From: Gammaproteobacteria bacterium
Lineage (GTDB): Bacteria > Pseudomonadota > Gammaproteobacteria > JAABTG01
DNA: 64,000 nt
Reading direction: 5' to 3'
Assembly (NCBI GenBank): GCA_017999615.1
Contig: JAGNLM010000002.1
Coordinates: 185,633-249,632 of the forward strand
The notes beneath the pieces are model-generated. The model was given only the letters and a program-made list of their open reading frames with translations. It made no database searches and was not told the DNA's origin. The position numbers and the translations under genes were made by a program. Positions 36,969 through 46,841 of the stretch are shown here, in pieces (within the stretch, counting starts at the first letter, position 1; each line of letters begins with the position of its first letter).

Positions 36969-39900
36969 TCACCCCGGGGGCGCCCCTTCCGGGGGCCGGC
37001 GCCGCCCCGGCAGCACACGGAACGGGCGCCAGAGGCCCCCGGTGCGAAACGCCTCCCACCCCCAGCGCAGCCAGCCGAGCAGCGCGAAGGCGAGCCAGAG
37101 CGCCCAGGCCAGCATCAGCGCCCGGTAGAGCCAGAGCGGCGCGCTCAACACCGACGCCCGGGGCAGCTCCGGACCGGACCGGTCCTGGTACCAGCGCAGC
37201 AGGTACCCGTTCGAGCCATTGCCCTCCACCTGCATCTCGGGCAGGCCCAGGAGGCCGTTGCGCACCGCGTCGAAGAGCAGGCCGAGCGCGCTCAGGGTCA
37301 GGAGCACGAGGCCGACCTGCATCAGGTCGAAGCGCGCACGGGGCAGGTCCGCCGGGGCGCGGGCCCGGGCCCCGAGGGCCAGGAGCCAGCCCACCACCAG
37401 CACGGCCGACCAGGCCGGCGCCTGGGTCAGGCCCACCCCGAGGAGCGCCCACTGCCAGGTCCGGAGGGGCGTCAGGCGCAAGCGCCCGAGCCCCGCGGCC
37501 GCCCCCAGGAAGACCAGCAGCACGCCCCAGAGGAGCACCGCCGGCCCGAGCGCCGGCCCGCCGGTGAGGAGCACCCAGCGGCTGCGCGGCACCTCCACGG
37601 TGACGACGGCGTTGACCAGCGGGTGCCCCACGTCGACCCGCGGGGTCTCGAAGCGGCTGCCCATCCCGTCCGGCGTGCGCCAGGCCACCGACATCCGCTG
37701 CTCGCCCGGGCGCACGGGCAGCACCACGCGGTCACCGTCCTGGCGCACCGGCTGGGCGACCCCGTCCACCGTCACGGAGCGGAGCTCCGCGCCTGCGGGC
37801 AGGCGCACCACCGTCTGCCCGCCCTGGCTGCTGCGCACCACGAGCCCCAGGTCGGCGTCGGTCGAGCGCTGCCCCGGCACCACCTTGAGCGCCGCCCGGT
37901 CGATGGTCAGGGTCGGGCCGGGCACCCCCTCGGGGCGCGAGACCGCGAGCTCCAGGCGCTCGCCTGGCCAGGGCCGCCACTCGGGCAGCCAGCGCTCCCC
38001 CACCGGGCGGTGCACGGGGGCGATCCCCGCCGGCTCCACGTGCCAGGTGGGTCCGGCGTCGAGACGCCAGGTCTCCGTCCAGGCGGTCGTCACGGGCGCC
38101 TCCAGCACCACCCGGTCCGCCTTCGCGAGCGTCGACGACCACCCGAGCTCCCGGTCGTTGGGGCCGAGGCTCACGGGCACGCGGGCGTTCTCCACCCGCA
38201 CGCCCGCGCTGGTCACCGCCTCCCCGGCGAGGAGGGGGACCTCCACGACCAGCCCTGCGCCGGTCGGCGAGAGGCGCACCACCCGCGTGTCCACCTGCCA
38301 CTCGAGCCCGAGCCGCAGGGTCCGCTCGACCCGCAGCAGCGGCGGGAGCGCGGTGGGCGCCAGCGCGTCCGCCGCACCCTCGGTCGCGCGCTCGCGCACC
38401 AGGCGGACCACCCCCTCGGGCTGCCCGTCCGGCCCGAGGCCGTCCACCCGCCAGCCCTCGGCCCGCACCTCCACCCGCCGCGGACGCAGGGGGAGCGTCA
38501 GCTCGAGCCCGGCGCGGGCGGCGGAGAGCGCCCCCTCGAGCACGATCCGGTGCCCGCCCGGGCCGACCCGGGTCCAGAGCACGCCCGCTTCGTCCCGGGC
38601 CAGAGCCGGCGCGGCCCGCCCGTCCACCAGCACCTGCCGCGGCACCCAGCGGGTCCCCCCGCCCGGGAGCGGCACCGCCACGTCGGCGAGCGCCAGGACC
38701 TCGAGGTCGAGGCGCAGGGCATCACCCGCGATCTCCAGCCCCATGCGCGGGGCCTCGGCACAGCGGGGCGCGCACTCGGGCGGCGCGAGCAGGCGGACCC
38801 GCAGGTCCTCGAGGAGCTTCGGCGGCGGGAACTCCGCCCGGGCCTCGGGCGCGAGCGCCAGGCCCACGGCCAGCAGCGCCACGAGGGAGCCCACCGGGAG
38901 GGCCACGGAGCCTGCGAGGGCCCCGGAGGGTGCAACGGAGGCCGAGGTCCCCGCGGAAGCGGGCGCGCCGCCGGAGACGGACTGCCCACCCGGGGGCGTC
39001 GCCGGCCTTGCGCGAAGCCCTCCCCGCGCCGGCCGGTCCGGCCAGCCGAGCCGCCCCGCGAGCGCCACCAGCAGGAGCGCCACCAGCAGGTGCCAGAGGA
39101 GGCTCCCGGCGGGCGGCACCAGCCAGAGCCGGATCTCCCCTCCCCGCTCCACCGGCCCGCTGAAACCGAGCCGCGCCCGGTCCCAGTTCCAGGCGGGAAG
39201 CCCGGGGCCGGTCTGGATGGCGGCCTTCGGGTCGTAGCCCTCGAGCGCGCGCTTCAGGGGCAGGGGTGCGGAGGCAGCCGCCACCGCGCCTGCAGCCGCC
39301 CGCAGACGCGCCGACTGGGGCGCCTTCGCCGCGGGGGCGACGGCCTCCTCCAGGACTTCGGCCGGCTCCATCATCAGGGCGACGTCGGACTCGGCCTCCT
39401 CCCGCGCCTGGACCGGCGCCTCGTGGACCACCTGCCAGGGCCGCTCGAGCACGGGGAAGAGGGCGATGCGGACCTGGGCGACGACGAACGGGATCGTCAG
39501 CACCGCGAGCCCGGCGAGGGCCGCCCAGCGCAGGAAGCCAACCGCGGAGCGCAGGCGCCCCTCGGGCAGCACCCGCAGCAGCGCCACCGCCGCCAGCAGG
39601 TAGAGCCAGGGCGAGAGCGGCATCCCCGGCTCGTGGTACCCGAGCCCGAGGGCCGCGAGCGCGAGCAGGCCCCAACCCCAGCCCCAGAGCTTGCCCACCG
39701 CGGCGCTCACCACGAGCAGCAGGAAGAGGTCGAAGAGCGTCCAGCGGTAGAGCCAGGCCTCGGGCGCCTGGTCCACGCCCCCCACGGCGAAGAGCCGCCA
39801 GCCGGGCGGAAGGTGCAGCGTCGCCCCCACCCGCTGGAACCCCTCGGCCCAGCCGAGCGACGGCAGGCGGGAGACGTTCCCCTCGATCCGGCCCTCGGCC

Positions 39901-41165
39901 GTGAGGTCGAGCCGCCCGCCCCGCACCTCGACCCCCTCGCGCGCGGCGCCGGGCAACCGGGTGATGAGCTGGTCGCGCCCGTCCGCCACGACCCGTCCGA
40001 GGTGCAGGGAGGGCTCGGCCTCGAGCCGCCAGCCGCGGGTCACGGTGCCCGCGATGCGGTCCCGGACCGTCGCGCCCCCGCCGTCGAAGTCGAGCCAGAG
40101 GGTTCGCTCCAGGGTGAGGCGGTTCGGGTCGGGCTCAGGGTCGCCGCGCCGGCGCTCCACCAGCTCGAGCCGGTCCCCGGGCCGCGCCCGGTAGGCCGGC
40201 AGCCCCTGCCAGTCGCCGGGCAGGGAGGTCTGCCGGGGGTCCAGGGCCTCGAGCCCCCGCGGCTCGACCACGCGCAGGGTCGGCCGGGCGTCGAGCACCC
40301 AGACCTCCTCGGCGGGCCAGGGGGCCTCGGCCACCGGGCGGACCAGACCCGCCACCGGGCCGGGCAGCCGGTGCGTCACCTGGACCGACCAGCGCCCCGG
40401 GCGCACCTGCACCCGCAGCCGGCCGTCGGCCTCGAGCCGGGCCGGCAGGGGGCCTTCCAGCGCCATGGGGATGGCGTCGGCCGGGGGCAGGGGCCCGAGG
40501 AGCAGTTCTCGCGGGTCTCCGGCCACCTCCAGCTCGACCCGGGTCACGACCTGGAACGGCACCTCGTCCACCAGGCGCCGGAAGACGCGGACCTGCAGCC
40601 CGTCGTCACCCTTGCCCGTGGGGCGCTCGCGCGCGAGCCAGAGCCGCCCGTCGGGCTCCACCTCAGGCACCTCCCGGGCCACCCCCTCGAAGGTGAGGCG
40701 GACCAATCCCGCGTCCCGGGGCAGCTGCAGGGCCTCGGGCATCCGCGCCCACGCGAAGGCCCCGGTGATCCGGTGCGTGCCCGCGCCGAGCCGGACCGCG
40801 GGGGCGCCGTCACGCTCCACCACCGCGACGGGGGCGCCGTCGGCCTCGGCGCCCTGGGGCCAGTGGCGCGCCGAGCCCGGCAGGGTCACCCAGGCCTCGG
40901 CAAAGGTCTCCACGACCTGCTCGAAGGTCCCGCCCTGCGGGCCGAGGTCGAGCGCGAGGCTCGAAGGCCACACGCAGCGCCGGGTCTCGGCGCCCTGGAC
41001 CCGCGGGCAGTCCCGGTCCTCGTGCCCGTGGAGGACCCACGGCACCCAGGCCTTCAGGGGATCCGGGACCGCCTCCGGCGCGAGCGGCGCCCCGAGCGCA
41101 CCCGACCCAGCCGCCACGAGCAGCAGCGCCACGACCCAACGGTGCCATGTCCCCGCGCGATTCAT
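36969..41165 (-). CDS. very large (1398 aa) internally duplicated polytopic membrane protein of unknown function
   Basis: GGAGG SD 9 nt before ATG 41165 and a signal peptide. Two homologous periplasmic modules of about 450-600 aa are each followed by a TM cluster. The upstream 542 codons of the listed ORF are intergenic or antisense to the ABC gene and are excluded. Confidence 0.65.
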   Translation of the reverse strand: MNRAGTWHRWVVALLLVAAGSGALGAPLAPEAVPDPLKAWVPWVLHGHEDRDCPRVQGAETRRCVWPSSLALDLGPQGGTFEQVVETFAEAWVTLPGSARHWPQGAEADGAPVAVVERDGAPAVRLGAGTHRITGAFAWARMPEALQLPRDAGLVRLTFEGVAREVPEVEPDGRLWLARERPTGKGDDGLQVRVFRRLVDEVPFQVVTRVELEVAGDPRELLLGPLPPADAIPMALEGPLPARLEADGRLRVQVRPGRWSVQVTHRLPGPVAGLVRPVAEAPWPAEEVWVLDARPTLRVVEPRGLEALDPRQTSLPGDWQGLPAYRARPGDRLELVERRRGDPEPDPNRLTLERTLWLDFDGGGATVRDRIAGTVTRGWRLEAEPSLHLGRVVADGRDQLITRLPGAAREGVEVRGGRLDLTAEGRIEGNVSRLPSLGWAEGFQRVGATLHLPPGWRLFAVGGVDQAPEAWLYRWTLFDLFLLLVVSAAVGKLWGWGWGLLALAALGLGYHEPGMPLSPWLYLLAAVALLRVLPEGRLRSAVGFLRWAALAGLAVLTIPFVVAQVRIALFPVLERPWQVVHEAPVQAREEAESDVALMMEPAEVLEEAVAPAAKAPQSARLRAAAGAVAAASAPLPLKRALEGYDPKAAIQTGPGLPAWNWDRARLGFSGPVERGGEIRLWLVPPAGSLLWHLLVALLLVALAGRLGWPDRPARGGLRARPATPPGGQSVSGGAPASAGTSASVAPSGALAGSVALPVGSLVALLAVGLALAPEARAEFPPPKLLEDLRVRLLAPPECAPRCAEAPRMGLEIAGDALRLDLEVLALADVAVPLPGGGTRWVPRQVLVDGRAAPALARDEAGVLWTRVGPGGHRIVLEGALSAARAGLELTLPLRPRRVEVRAEGWRVDGLGPDGQPEGVVRLVRERATEGAADALAPTALPPLLRVERTLRLGLEWQVDTRVVRLSPTGAGLVVEVPLLAGEAVTSAGVRVENARVPVSLGPNDRELGWSSTLAKADRVVLEAPVTTAWTETWRLDAGPTWHVEPAGIAPVHRPVGERWLPEWRPWPGERLELAVSRPEGVPGPTLTIDRAALKVVPGQRSTDADLGLVVRSSQGGQTVVRLPAGAELRSVTVDGVAQPVRQDGDRVVLPVRPGEQRMSVAWRTPDGMGSRFETPRVDVGHPLVNAVVTVEVPRSRWVLLTGGPALGPAVLLWGVLLVFLGAAAGLGRLRLTPLRTWQWALLGVGLTQAPAWSAVLVVGWLLALGARARAPADLPRARFDLMQVGLVLLTLSALGLLFDAVRNGLLGLPEMQVEGNGSNGYLLRWYQDRSGPELPRASVLSAPLWLYRALMLAWALWLAFALLGWLRWGWEAFRTGGLWRPFRVLPGRRRPPEGAPPG

Positions 41166-41211
41166 GCCTGCCACCTCCGGGACCGCAGCCGCGGCCCGCT
41201 TTTTCGTGAAC

Positions 41212-41277
41212 CGCAGAGACGCAGAGACACAGAGGATGATCAAAATTTCTGTCCTCTGCGCCTCTGCGTCTTCGCGG
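41212..41277. other. long imperfect hairpin in the ABC-exporter / large-membrane-protein intergenic spacer
   Basis: gacgcagagacacagagga ... tcctctgcgcctctgcgtc, about 19-bp stem with a 15-nt AT-rich loop; contains a tandem gcagagac unit. Confidence 0.4.
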
Positions 41278-41293
41278 TGAATCCCCCTGCACC

Positions 41294-43123
41294 TCACCCC
41301 TGCTGCCGACCGTACAGCCGGCTGTAGAGCCCGCCATTCCCGATCAGCGTCTCGTGGGCGCCTTCCTCGATGATCTTCCCCGACTCGAACACGTACACCC
41401 GGTCGGCCTGGCGGACCGCCGAGAGCCGGTGGGCCACGATGAGCGTGGTCCGCCCGGCGAGGAACTCCCGCAGGGCGTCGTGCAGGCGCCCCTCGGTCTC
41501 GGCGTCGAGCGCCGAGGTCGCCTCGTCGAGGATGACCACGCTGGGGTTCGCGAGCACCATCCGGGCGACCGCCAGGCGCTGGCGCTGCCCGCCCGAGAGG
41601 CGCACGCCCTGGCGCCCGACCACGGTGTCGAGGCCGCTCGCGAGCGTCTTCACGTCCGCCGCGAGCTGGGCGACCTCGAGGGCCTTCCACACCGCCCCGT
41701 CGGGCACCTCGCGCCCGAGGGTCACGTTGCTGCGCACGGTGTCGTTGAAGAGCGCCGGGTGCTGCAGGACGGTCGCCACGTGCTCGCGGACCACGTCGAG
41801 CCCGATGGAGGTGATGGGCACGCCGCCGTAGGCGAGCGTCCCGCACTCCGGGGGGTAGAGCCCCAGGAGCACTTGGACCAGGGTCGACTTGCCGCCGCCG
41901 CTCGCGCCCACCAGCGCGACCTTCTCCCCCGGGGCGATGACGAGCGAGAGGTGGTCCAGCACGAGCGGGCCGCCGGCGTAGCGAAAGCACACGTCCCGCA
42001 CCTCCACCCCGACCGTCGGCCGGCCGGCGAAGGGGTCCTCGACGTGGGGGTAGCGCGGCTCCTGTTCCAGGGCGAGGAGCCGGTTGATGCGCCCGAGCGC
42101 GGCATTCGCGCTGAAGTAGGAGTACTGGATCCCCAGCACCTCCTGCACCGGACCCATCATGAACCAGAGGTAGCCGAACACCGCCATCATCCCGCCGACC
42201 GTCAGGTCCGAGAACGCCACCAGCAGCATGCTGACCCCCCGGAACACCTCGAAGCCGGTGAGGAAGGTCAGGAACGACAGCCGGTTCGCGGCGTCGCTGC
42301 GCCAGGCGTAGCGCCCGGCGTTGTCGCGGACCTCGCGCGCCCGCTGCATCACCCGCCCGAGGTAGTGGCCCTCGCGATTGGCGGCGCGGACCTGCTGGAT
42401 CGCGTCGAGGGTCTCGGTGAGGGCCTGCTGGAACACCTCGAAGGCCTGGTTCTCCCGGCGCTTGAGCTCCTTCACCCGCTTGCCCAGCGCAATGGTGAGG
42501 TAGACCACGAAGGGGTTCGTGAACAGGATGAAGAGCGCGAGAGGCCAGTGCATCCAGAGGAGCACCGCGGCGACGCCCACGAGCGAGAGCACCGCCACCA
42601 GGAACTTGCCCACCGAGCTCGCGATGAACTGGTCGAGCGCCTCCATGTCGGTGACGAAGTGCGAGGCCACCGCGCCGCTGCCGAGCGATTCGTACTCCGC
42701 CATCGACACCCGCTCGAGCCGCCCCAGCAGGTCCCGGCGCATGCGGTAGGTGGCGTCCTTGGCGATGGTCGTGAACTCCCGCGTCTGCCACACGCCGAGC
42801 GCGGTCGAGCCCGCCCGCAGGGCGATGGTCACCAGCATCATCACGCCGATGTAGAGCGCAGGGCCGTGCCAGGCCGCCGGGAAGATGCGGTCGAGCACGC
42901 CGACGAGCCAGCCGGGGCGCCCCAGCAGCACCTCGTCCACCAGGAGCGGCATCAGGAGCGGGATAGGCACCGAGACCAGCGCCCCGGCAAGCGCGATCAG
43001 GTTCGCGGTGACGAGCTCCCGGCGGTGCGCGAGCGCCACCGTGAGGAGCGTGCGCCAGGTGTAGCGGTCGGGTGCGGGCGGTGACGCGCCGCCCCCCCGC
43101 GACTCCCTCGGCTGGTCTGACAC
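41294..43123 (-). CDS. ABC exporter, fused permease/ATPase (MsbA-like type I exporter)
   Basis: Six-TM N-terminal domain; Walker A GASGGGKST; signature LSGGQRQR; Walker B ILDEATSALD; H-loop. Confidence 0.9.
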   Translation of the reverse strand: MSDQPRESRGGGASPPAPDRYTWRTLLTVALAHRRELVTANLIALAGALVSVPIPLLMPLLVDEVLLGRPGWLVGVLDRIFPAAWHGPALYIGVMMLVTIALRAGSTALGVWQTREFTTIAKDATYRMRRDLLGRLERVSMAEYESLGSGAVASHFVTDMEALDQFIASSVGKFLVAVLSLVGVAAVLLWMHWPLALFILFTNPFVVYLTIALGKRVKELKRRENQAFEVFQQALTETLDAIQQVRAANREGHYLGRVMQRAREVRDNAGRYAWRSDAANRLSFLTFLTGFEVFRGVSMLLVAFSDLTVGGMMAVFGYLWFMMGPVQEVLGIQYSYFSANAALGRINRLLALEQEPRYPHVEDPFAGRPTVGVEVRDVCFRYAGGPLVLDHLSLVIAPGEKVALVGASGGGKSTLVQVLLGLYPPECGTLAYGGVPITSIGLDVVREHVATVLQHPALFNDTVRSNVTLGREVPDGAVWKALEVAQLAADVKTLASGLDTVVGRQGVRLSGGQRQRLAVARMVLANPSVVILDEATSALDAETEGRLHDALREFLAGRTTLIVAHRLSAVRQADRVYVFESGKIIEEGAHETLIGNGGLYSRLYGRQQG

Positions 43124-43562
43124 TTCGCCCTCCCGGTGGGCGGGACCCAGGTCATTTGCCCGTGTCGCCCGAACTTACATTCGCGCCGACACCATTACCA
43201 GCGGCGGCGGAGGCCGTGGTGGCGGGGTGCGGCCGTGGGGGGTGTCGGGAAACCGACTCCTTGCTGTCGGGAGTCTTTACAGGCGGCCTCCAGTGCCCTT
43301 CGCTGGGAACGCGCGTGGCTCGTTAACCCTTTGACGGGCCAGCCCATGGCGCACCGTGGCGCGAATCGTGCTTGATCTGAGGCAAAGTTTCGTGCGGCGG
43401 CCATCCGGGGCTGAGACCGGGCGCACACTCGCCGGGCATCGGCAGACCCGGGCAAGCGGGACCCGCGTGGTAGACTCGGAGCCGTATGGGGGACCCGGAA
43501 CCCCTGCCGGCTCAAGGTGGAACAAGGCCTGCCGCTTGAATCAGGTATCAGGCTACGGAGCG

Positions 43563-44063
43563 ATGGCAGTCATGAAAGCGAAGGACGAGAGTTCGACCCC
43601 TGTGGGCACCTCTCCCACGGCGGCTGACGGACCCACCACGGAAATTCGCGACGGGACAGACCGCCATCGGCGCCGCCTGATTCGGGGCGCGTCTGCCCTG
43701 CCGATGCTGTTAACCCTGCGGAGCAAGGGCCTGGCGGCGCAGAGTTGCACGGGGGCCCGGTATGAGCAGGACAAGAACGTATATCCACCAAACAATGCGT
43801 TTACGCTAGGCGAAAATGATGTTGCCCTAAAGAGTCTGGAGCGCTGTCAGGTAGGCGGTCTGACCGATGACCACGAAAAAATCTACCGTGGCACTGAAGT
43901 AGCGCTTGGAACCGACTGCTGGAACGCAAAAGTGACCGCCAACGGCGAGACGATTACCTGTGACGGAACCAACAACCCCGACAAGGGATACTACTGCTGT
44001 AACGTTGAGATTGCTGTCGTCAGTGGCGCGGCGTGGGCCTCGATCGTAGAGAGAGGACCCTGA
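43563..44063 (+). CDS. Cys-rich secreted protein, lower-GC, candidate substrate of the downstream PqqD/kinase/nucleotidyltransferase genes
   Basis: 167 aa; hydrophilic N-terminal region, then an RHRRRLIRGASALPMLLTL signal-like segment; 8 Cys including a CC pair; GC visibly lower than neighbours. Confidence 0.5.
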   Translation: MAVMKAKDESSTPVGTSPTAADGPTTEIRDGTDRHRRRLIRGASALPMLLTLRSKGLAAQSCTGARYEQDKNVYPPNNAFTLGENDVALKSLERCQVGGLTDDHEKIYRGTEVALGTDCWNAKVTANGETITCDGTNNPDKGYYCCNVEIAVVSGAAWASIVERGP

Positions 44064-44116
44064 TCCGTTCCAAATTACCTGCAGCAACTGTTCCTGAGTT
44101 ATGTGCTGAAAGTCTT

Positions 44117-44428
44117 GTGACATCGGATGCGGCTGTAGCTCCCCGAGACCACGTGCAGCAAGCGCAGCGCCACCCCCTGATGTGGTTCGACTGGCCGGAC
44201 GGCCATGCCGTTTATCAGCGCAGTTCTGGGGAAACCCATTTCCTGAACGACATCGGAGGCCCACTCCTTCGCTGCCTTTCCGAGGAGGAGGCAGACAACA
44301 CAACGGTCTGGCGCTGTGTTGAGAAGGTCTTGGGAGAACCAAGGACCGACGCCCTGTCCGCTCAGGTCAGGCCACTGCTAGAGCGCTTCGACGAACTGGG
44401 ACTTGTCAGAAGAACTGCCCCCCGCTGA
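44117..44428 (+). CDS. PqqD-family protein (RRE-like peptide-binding domain; HPr-rel-A system type)
   Basis: About 85-100-aa protein with PqqD-like composition (WFDWPDGHAVYQRSSGETHFLNDIGGPLLRCL); overlaps the downstream kinase gene by 26 nt; alternative start ATG 44180. Confidence 0.5.
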   Translation: MTSDAAVAPRDHVQQAQRHPLMWFDWPDGHAVYQRSSGETHFLNDIGGPLLRCLSEEEADNTTVWRCVEKVLGEPRTDALSAQVRPLLERFDELGLVRRTAPR

Positions 44429-45353
44429 TTTGCCTTCCACGTTCTCCGGCTGGCCACCCGGTCGTTTGCACGAGCAGTTGGGCCACGCTGGGCTCGTGGC
44501 CAGGATGGGGCCGTTCGCCATCCGCCTCCGTGTCCCCTTCGCGCCTCTCGTCGACTGGCTGCAACAGCTCTACGCCGACTACCCGGTCCTGGATGACGAG
44601 GCCCTCGTGGACCTGCACGTGGGTCTCGGCCCCCCGAGTCCCCTGAGGCGCTGGGTCAAACCGACCGTTCGCTTCACCATCGACGGCCGGTCACCCTTTC
44701 CCGACAGTCCAGCAAACCACGCCCCCCCCACGTTGGAGTGGGGCATCAACTGGGGTATCGCCACCCGCGCGAACCACCTGCTGATGCTGCACTGCGCCGC
44801 GATCGAGCGGGACGGGCGGGCGATGCTCTTCCCGGCCTGGCCGGGGCACGGCAAGTCGACGCTCTGCACCGCGCTCGTCCACTCCGGCTGGCGGCTCCTC
44901 TCGGACGAGTTCGGGCTGGTGCGCCCCGAGGACGGCGCTATCCTTCCGATCCCGCGGCTCATCCCGTTGAAGAACGAGTCGATCGAGGTGATCCGGAGCT
45001 TCGCCCCCCAGGCCTTCATCGGCCCTTCGTTCTACGGCACCCGCAAGGGCACCGTGGCCCACGTGCGCCCGCCGGCGGAGAGCGTGGAGCGCCAGGACGA
45101 GGTGGCGCGGCCGGGGTGGCTCGTCTTTCCCCGCTGGGTCAAAGACGCGCCGCTCAAGCTGGAGCCCATGCCGAAGGCGCAGTCCTTCCTGATGGTCGCG
45201 ACCAACGCCTTCAACTACGAGGTCCTCGGCGAGACTGCCTTCCGGCTCGTGGGCGACATGGTCCGGACCTGCGAGTGCTTCTCGCTGACCTACTCCGATC
45301 TCGACGAGGCGGTGACCGCGCTGGACCGGCTCACCCGCGGCGCCCATGGGTGA
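44403..45353 (+). CDS. HprK-related kinase A (HPr kinase/phosphorylase C-terminal-domain homolog)
   Basis: P-loop GHGKSTL preceded by LHCAA, as in the HprK catalytic domain; lacks the HprK N-terminal domain. Confidence 0.75.
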   Translation: MSEELPPADLPSTFSGWPPGRLHEQLGHAGLVARMGPFAIRLRVPFAPLVDWLQQLYADYPVLDDEALVDLHVGLGPPSPLRRWVKPTVRFTIDGRSPFPDSPANHAPPTLEWGINWGIATRANHLLMLHCAAIERDGRAMLFPAWPGHGKSTLCTALVHSGWRLLSDEFGLVRPEDGAILPIPRLIPLKNESIEVIRSFAPQAFIGPSFYGTRKGTVAHVRPPAESVERQDEVARPGWLVFPRWVKDAPLKLEPMPKAQSFLMVATNAFNYEVLGETAFRLVGDMVRTCECFSLTYSDLDEAVTALDRLTRGAHG

Positions 45354-46536
45354 GGCGAGCGCCCAGGCCGCGCGGGCCCGCCGGCTGCTGCTGGGCGCGC
45401 TGAAGGCGCCCGGGGATCTGCCTGCGCTCCCCCTCGCGGACTGGGACCTGCTCCTGCGGGTCGCGCGCCGCGCCCGGCTGCTCGGGCGCATCGAGGCCGA
45501 CCTCGCGGCGGCGGACCTGCTGGGCGCCATCCCGGAGCGGGCCGGCAATCACCTGCGGGCCGCGCGCAACGTCGTCGCCCACCGCCACACCCTGACCACC
45601 TGGGAGGTGGACCGGATCCTCTGGGGGCTCGAGGGCGTGGACGTCCGGCCGGTCCTCCTGAAGGGCGTCGCCTACGTGATGGCCGGGCTGCCGCCCGCGC
45701 GCGGAAGGCTCTTCGCCGACGTGGATCTGATGGTGCCCGAGGCCCGCATCGAGGAGGTCGAGAAGACCCTCCTGGGACGGGGCTGGTTCCGCAAGGCGCT
45801 CGACCCCTACGACGAGCGCTACTACCGGGTCTGGAGCCACGAGATCCCGCCGCTCCGCCACCGGGAGCGCGAGACTGAGATCGACATCCACCACACGATC
45901 CTGCCCCGCACGAGCCGGCTGAAGCCGGACCCGGCGCTGCTCTTCGCGGCCGCCCGACCGCTCCCGGCGCTCGCCGCCCGTTCGGGGGCAAGCCCTGACC
46001 CGCTTCTGCCGGCCGACCCCCGGCTCCAGGTGCTCGCCCCCGCGGACATGGTCCTGCACTCCCTGGTCCACCTCTTCCTGGAGGGCGACCCCCAGGACGG
46101 GCTGCGTCTGCGGGACCTGGTGGACGCCCACGACCTGCTCCGGCACTTCGGCGCGGAACCCGACTTCTGGGGCAGCCTCGTGCCCCGGGCCCGGGAGCTG
46201 GGCCTGACCCGGCCCCTGTACTACGGGCTGCGCTACGCCCGGCGGCTCCTCGGCGCCGACGTGCCCCACGCGGTGCGGGCCGCGGCGAAGAAGGCCGCAC
46301 CGCCCGCGCCCGTTCGGGCCCTGATGGACCGCCTCGTCCCGCTCGCCCTCTTCCCCGAGCACCCCGATTTCCCCCGCCGGCGCGCGGCCCGCGCCCGGCT
46401 CCTCATCTACGTCCGCTCCCACTGGCTGCGCATGCCGCCGCTGCTCCTGGCGCGGCACCTGGGGTACAAGGCGTGGCTGCGGGTGCGGCGGGTCCCACGC
46501 AAGGTGGAGCTGACGCAGCTCGACCTGAAACAGTAG
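45346..46536 (+). CDS. nucleotidyltransferase-family protein (NTP_transf_5-like), coupled to the HprK-related kinase
   Basis: 395 aa; putative nucleotidyltransferase catalytic acidic pair FADVDLMVP; 8-nt overlap with the upstream kinase gene. Confidence 0.65.
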   Translation: MGEASAQAARARRLLLGALKAPGDLPALPLADWDLLLRVARRARLLGRIEADLAAADLLGAIPERAGNHLRAARNVVAHRHTLTTWEVDRILWGLEGVDVRPVLLKGVAYVMAGLPPARGRLFADVDLMVPEARIEEVEKTLLGRGWFRKALDPYDERYYRVWSHEIPPLRHRERETEIDIHHTILPRTSRLKPDPALLFAAARPLPALAARSGASPDPLLPADPRLQVLAPADMVLHSLVHLFLEGDPQDGLRLRDLVDAHDLLRHFGAEPDFWGSLVPRARELGLTRPLYYGLRYARRLLGADVPHAVRAAAKKAAPPAPVRALMDRLVPLALFPEHPDFPRRRAARARLLIYVRSHWLRMPPLLLARHLGYKAWLRVRRVPRKVELTQLDLKQ

Positions 46537-46619
46537 GCGCCGCCGCCGGCCCACACGCCGGGCCCCCAGCCTTCGCCCTGTGTTATGTTGGTCGCGGGAC
46601 CACCAAGGGGGGAACGACA

Positions 46620-46817
46620 ATGAGAGTCCTGTTGTCTCTGATGGGGAGCGTGGCCGGCTGGGCCGGGATCCTGGTCTGCCTCGCCGCAGGTGCCCTGCGG
46701 GTGGGGGGGAGCTTCCATTTCGGGGGCTATGAGCTGAACACGATCTTCCTCGCCGGGCTGGCGCTGCTCGTCGCCGGCGCATTCGTGAAGCTCGAGGCGC
46801 TCGCCATCAGCAAGTGA
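46620..46817 (+). CDS. small two-TM membrane protein (65 aa)
   Basis: GGGGGA SD-like stretch before ATG; two hydrophobic helices. Confidence 0.4.
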   Translation: MRVLLSLMGSVAGWAGILVCLAAGALRVGGSFHFGGYELNTIFLAGLALLVAGAFVKLEALAISK

Positions 46818-46841
46818 GAATCGCACGAGGGTAGGAATCGC

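Noticed and set aside
41166-42791. N-terminal 542 codons of the listed 1940-aa minus-strand ORF
   Set aside because: This part crosses the intergenic hairpin and runs antisense/out of frame through the ABC exporter gene. The real gene starts at ATG 41165 with a GGAGG SD and a signal peptide.
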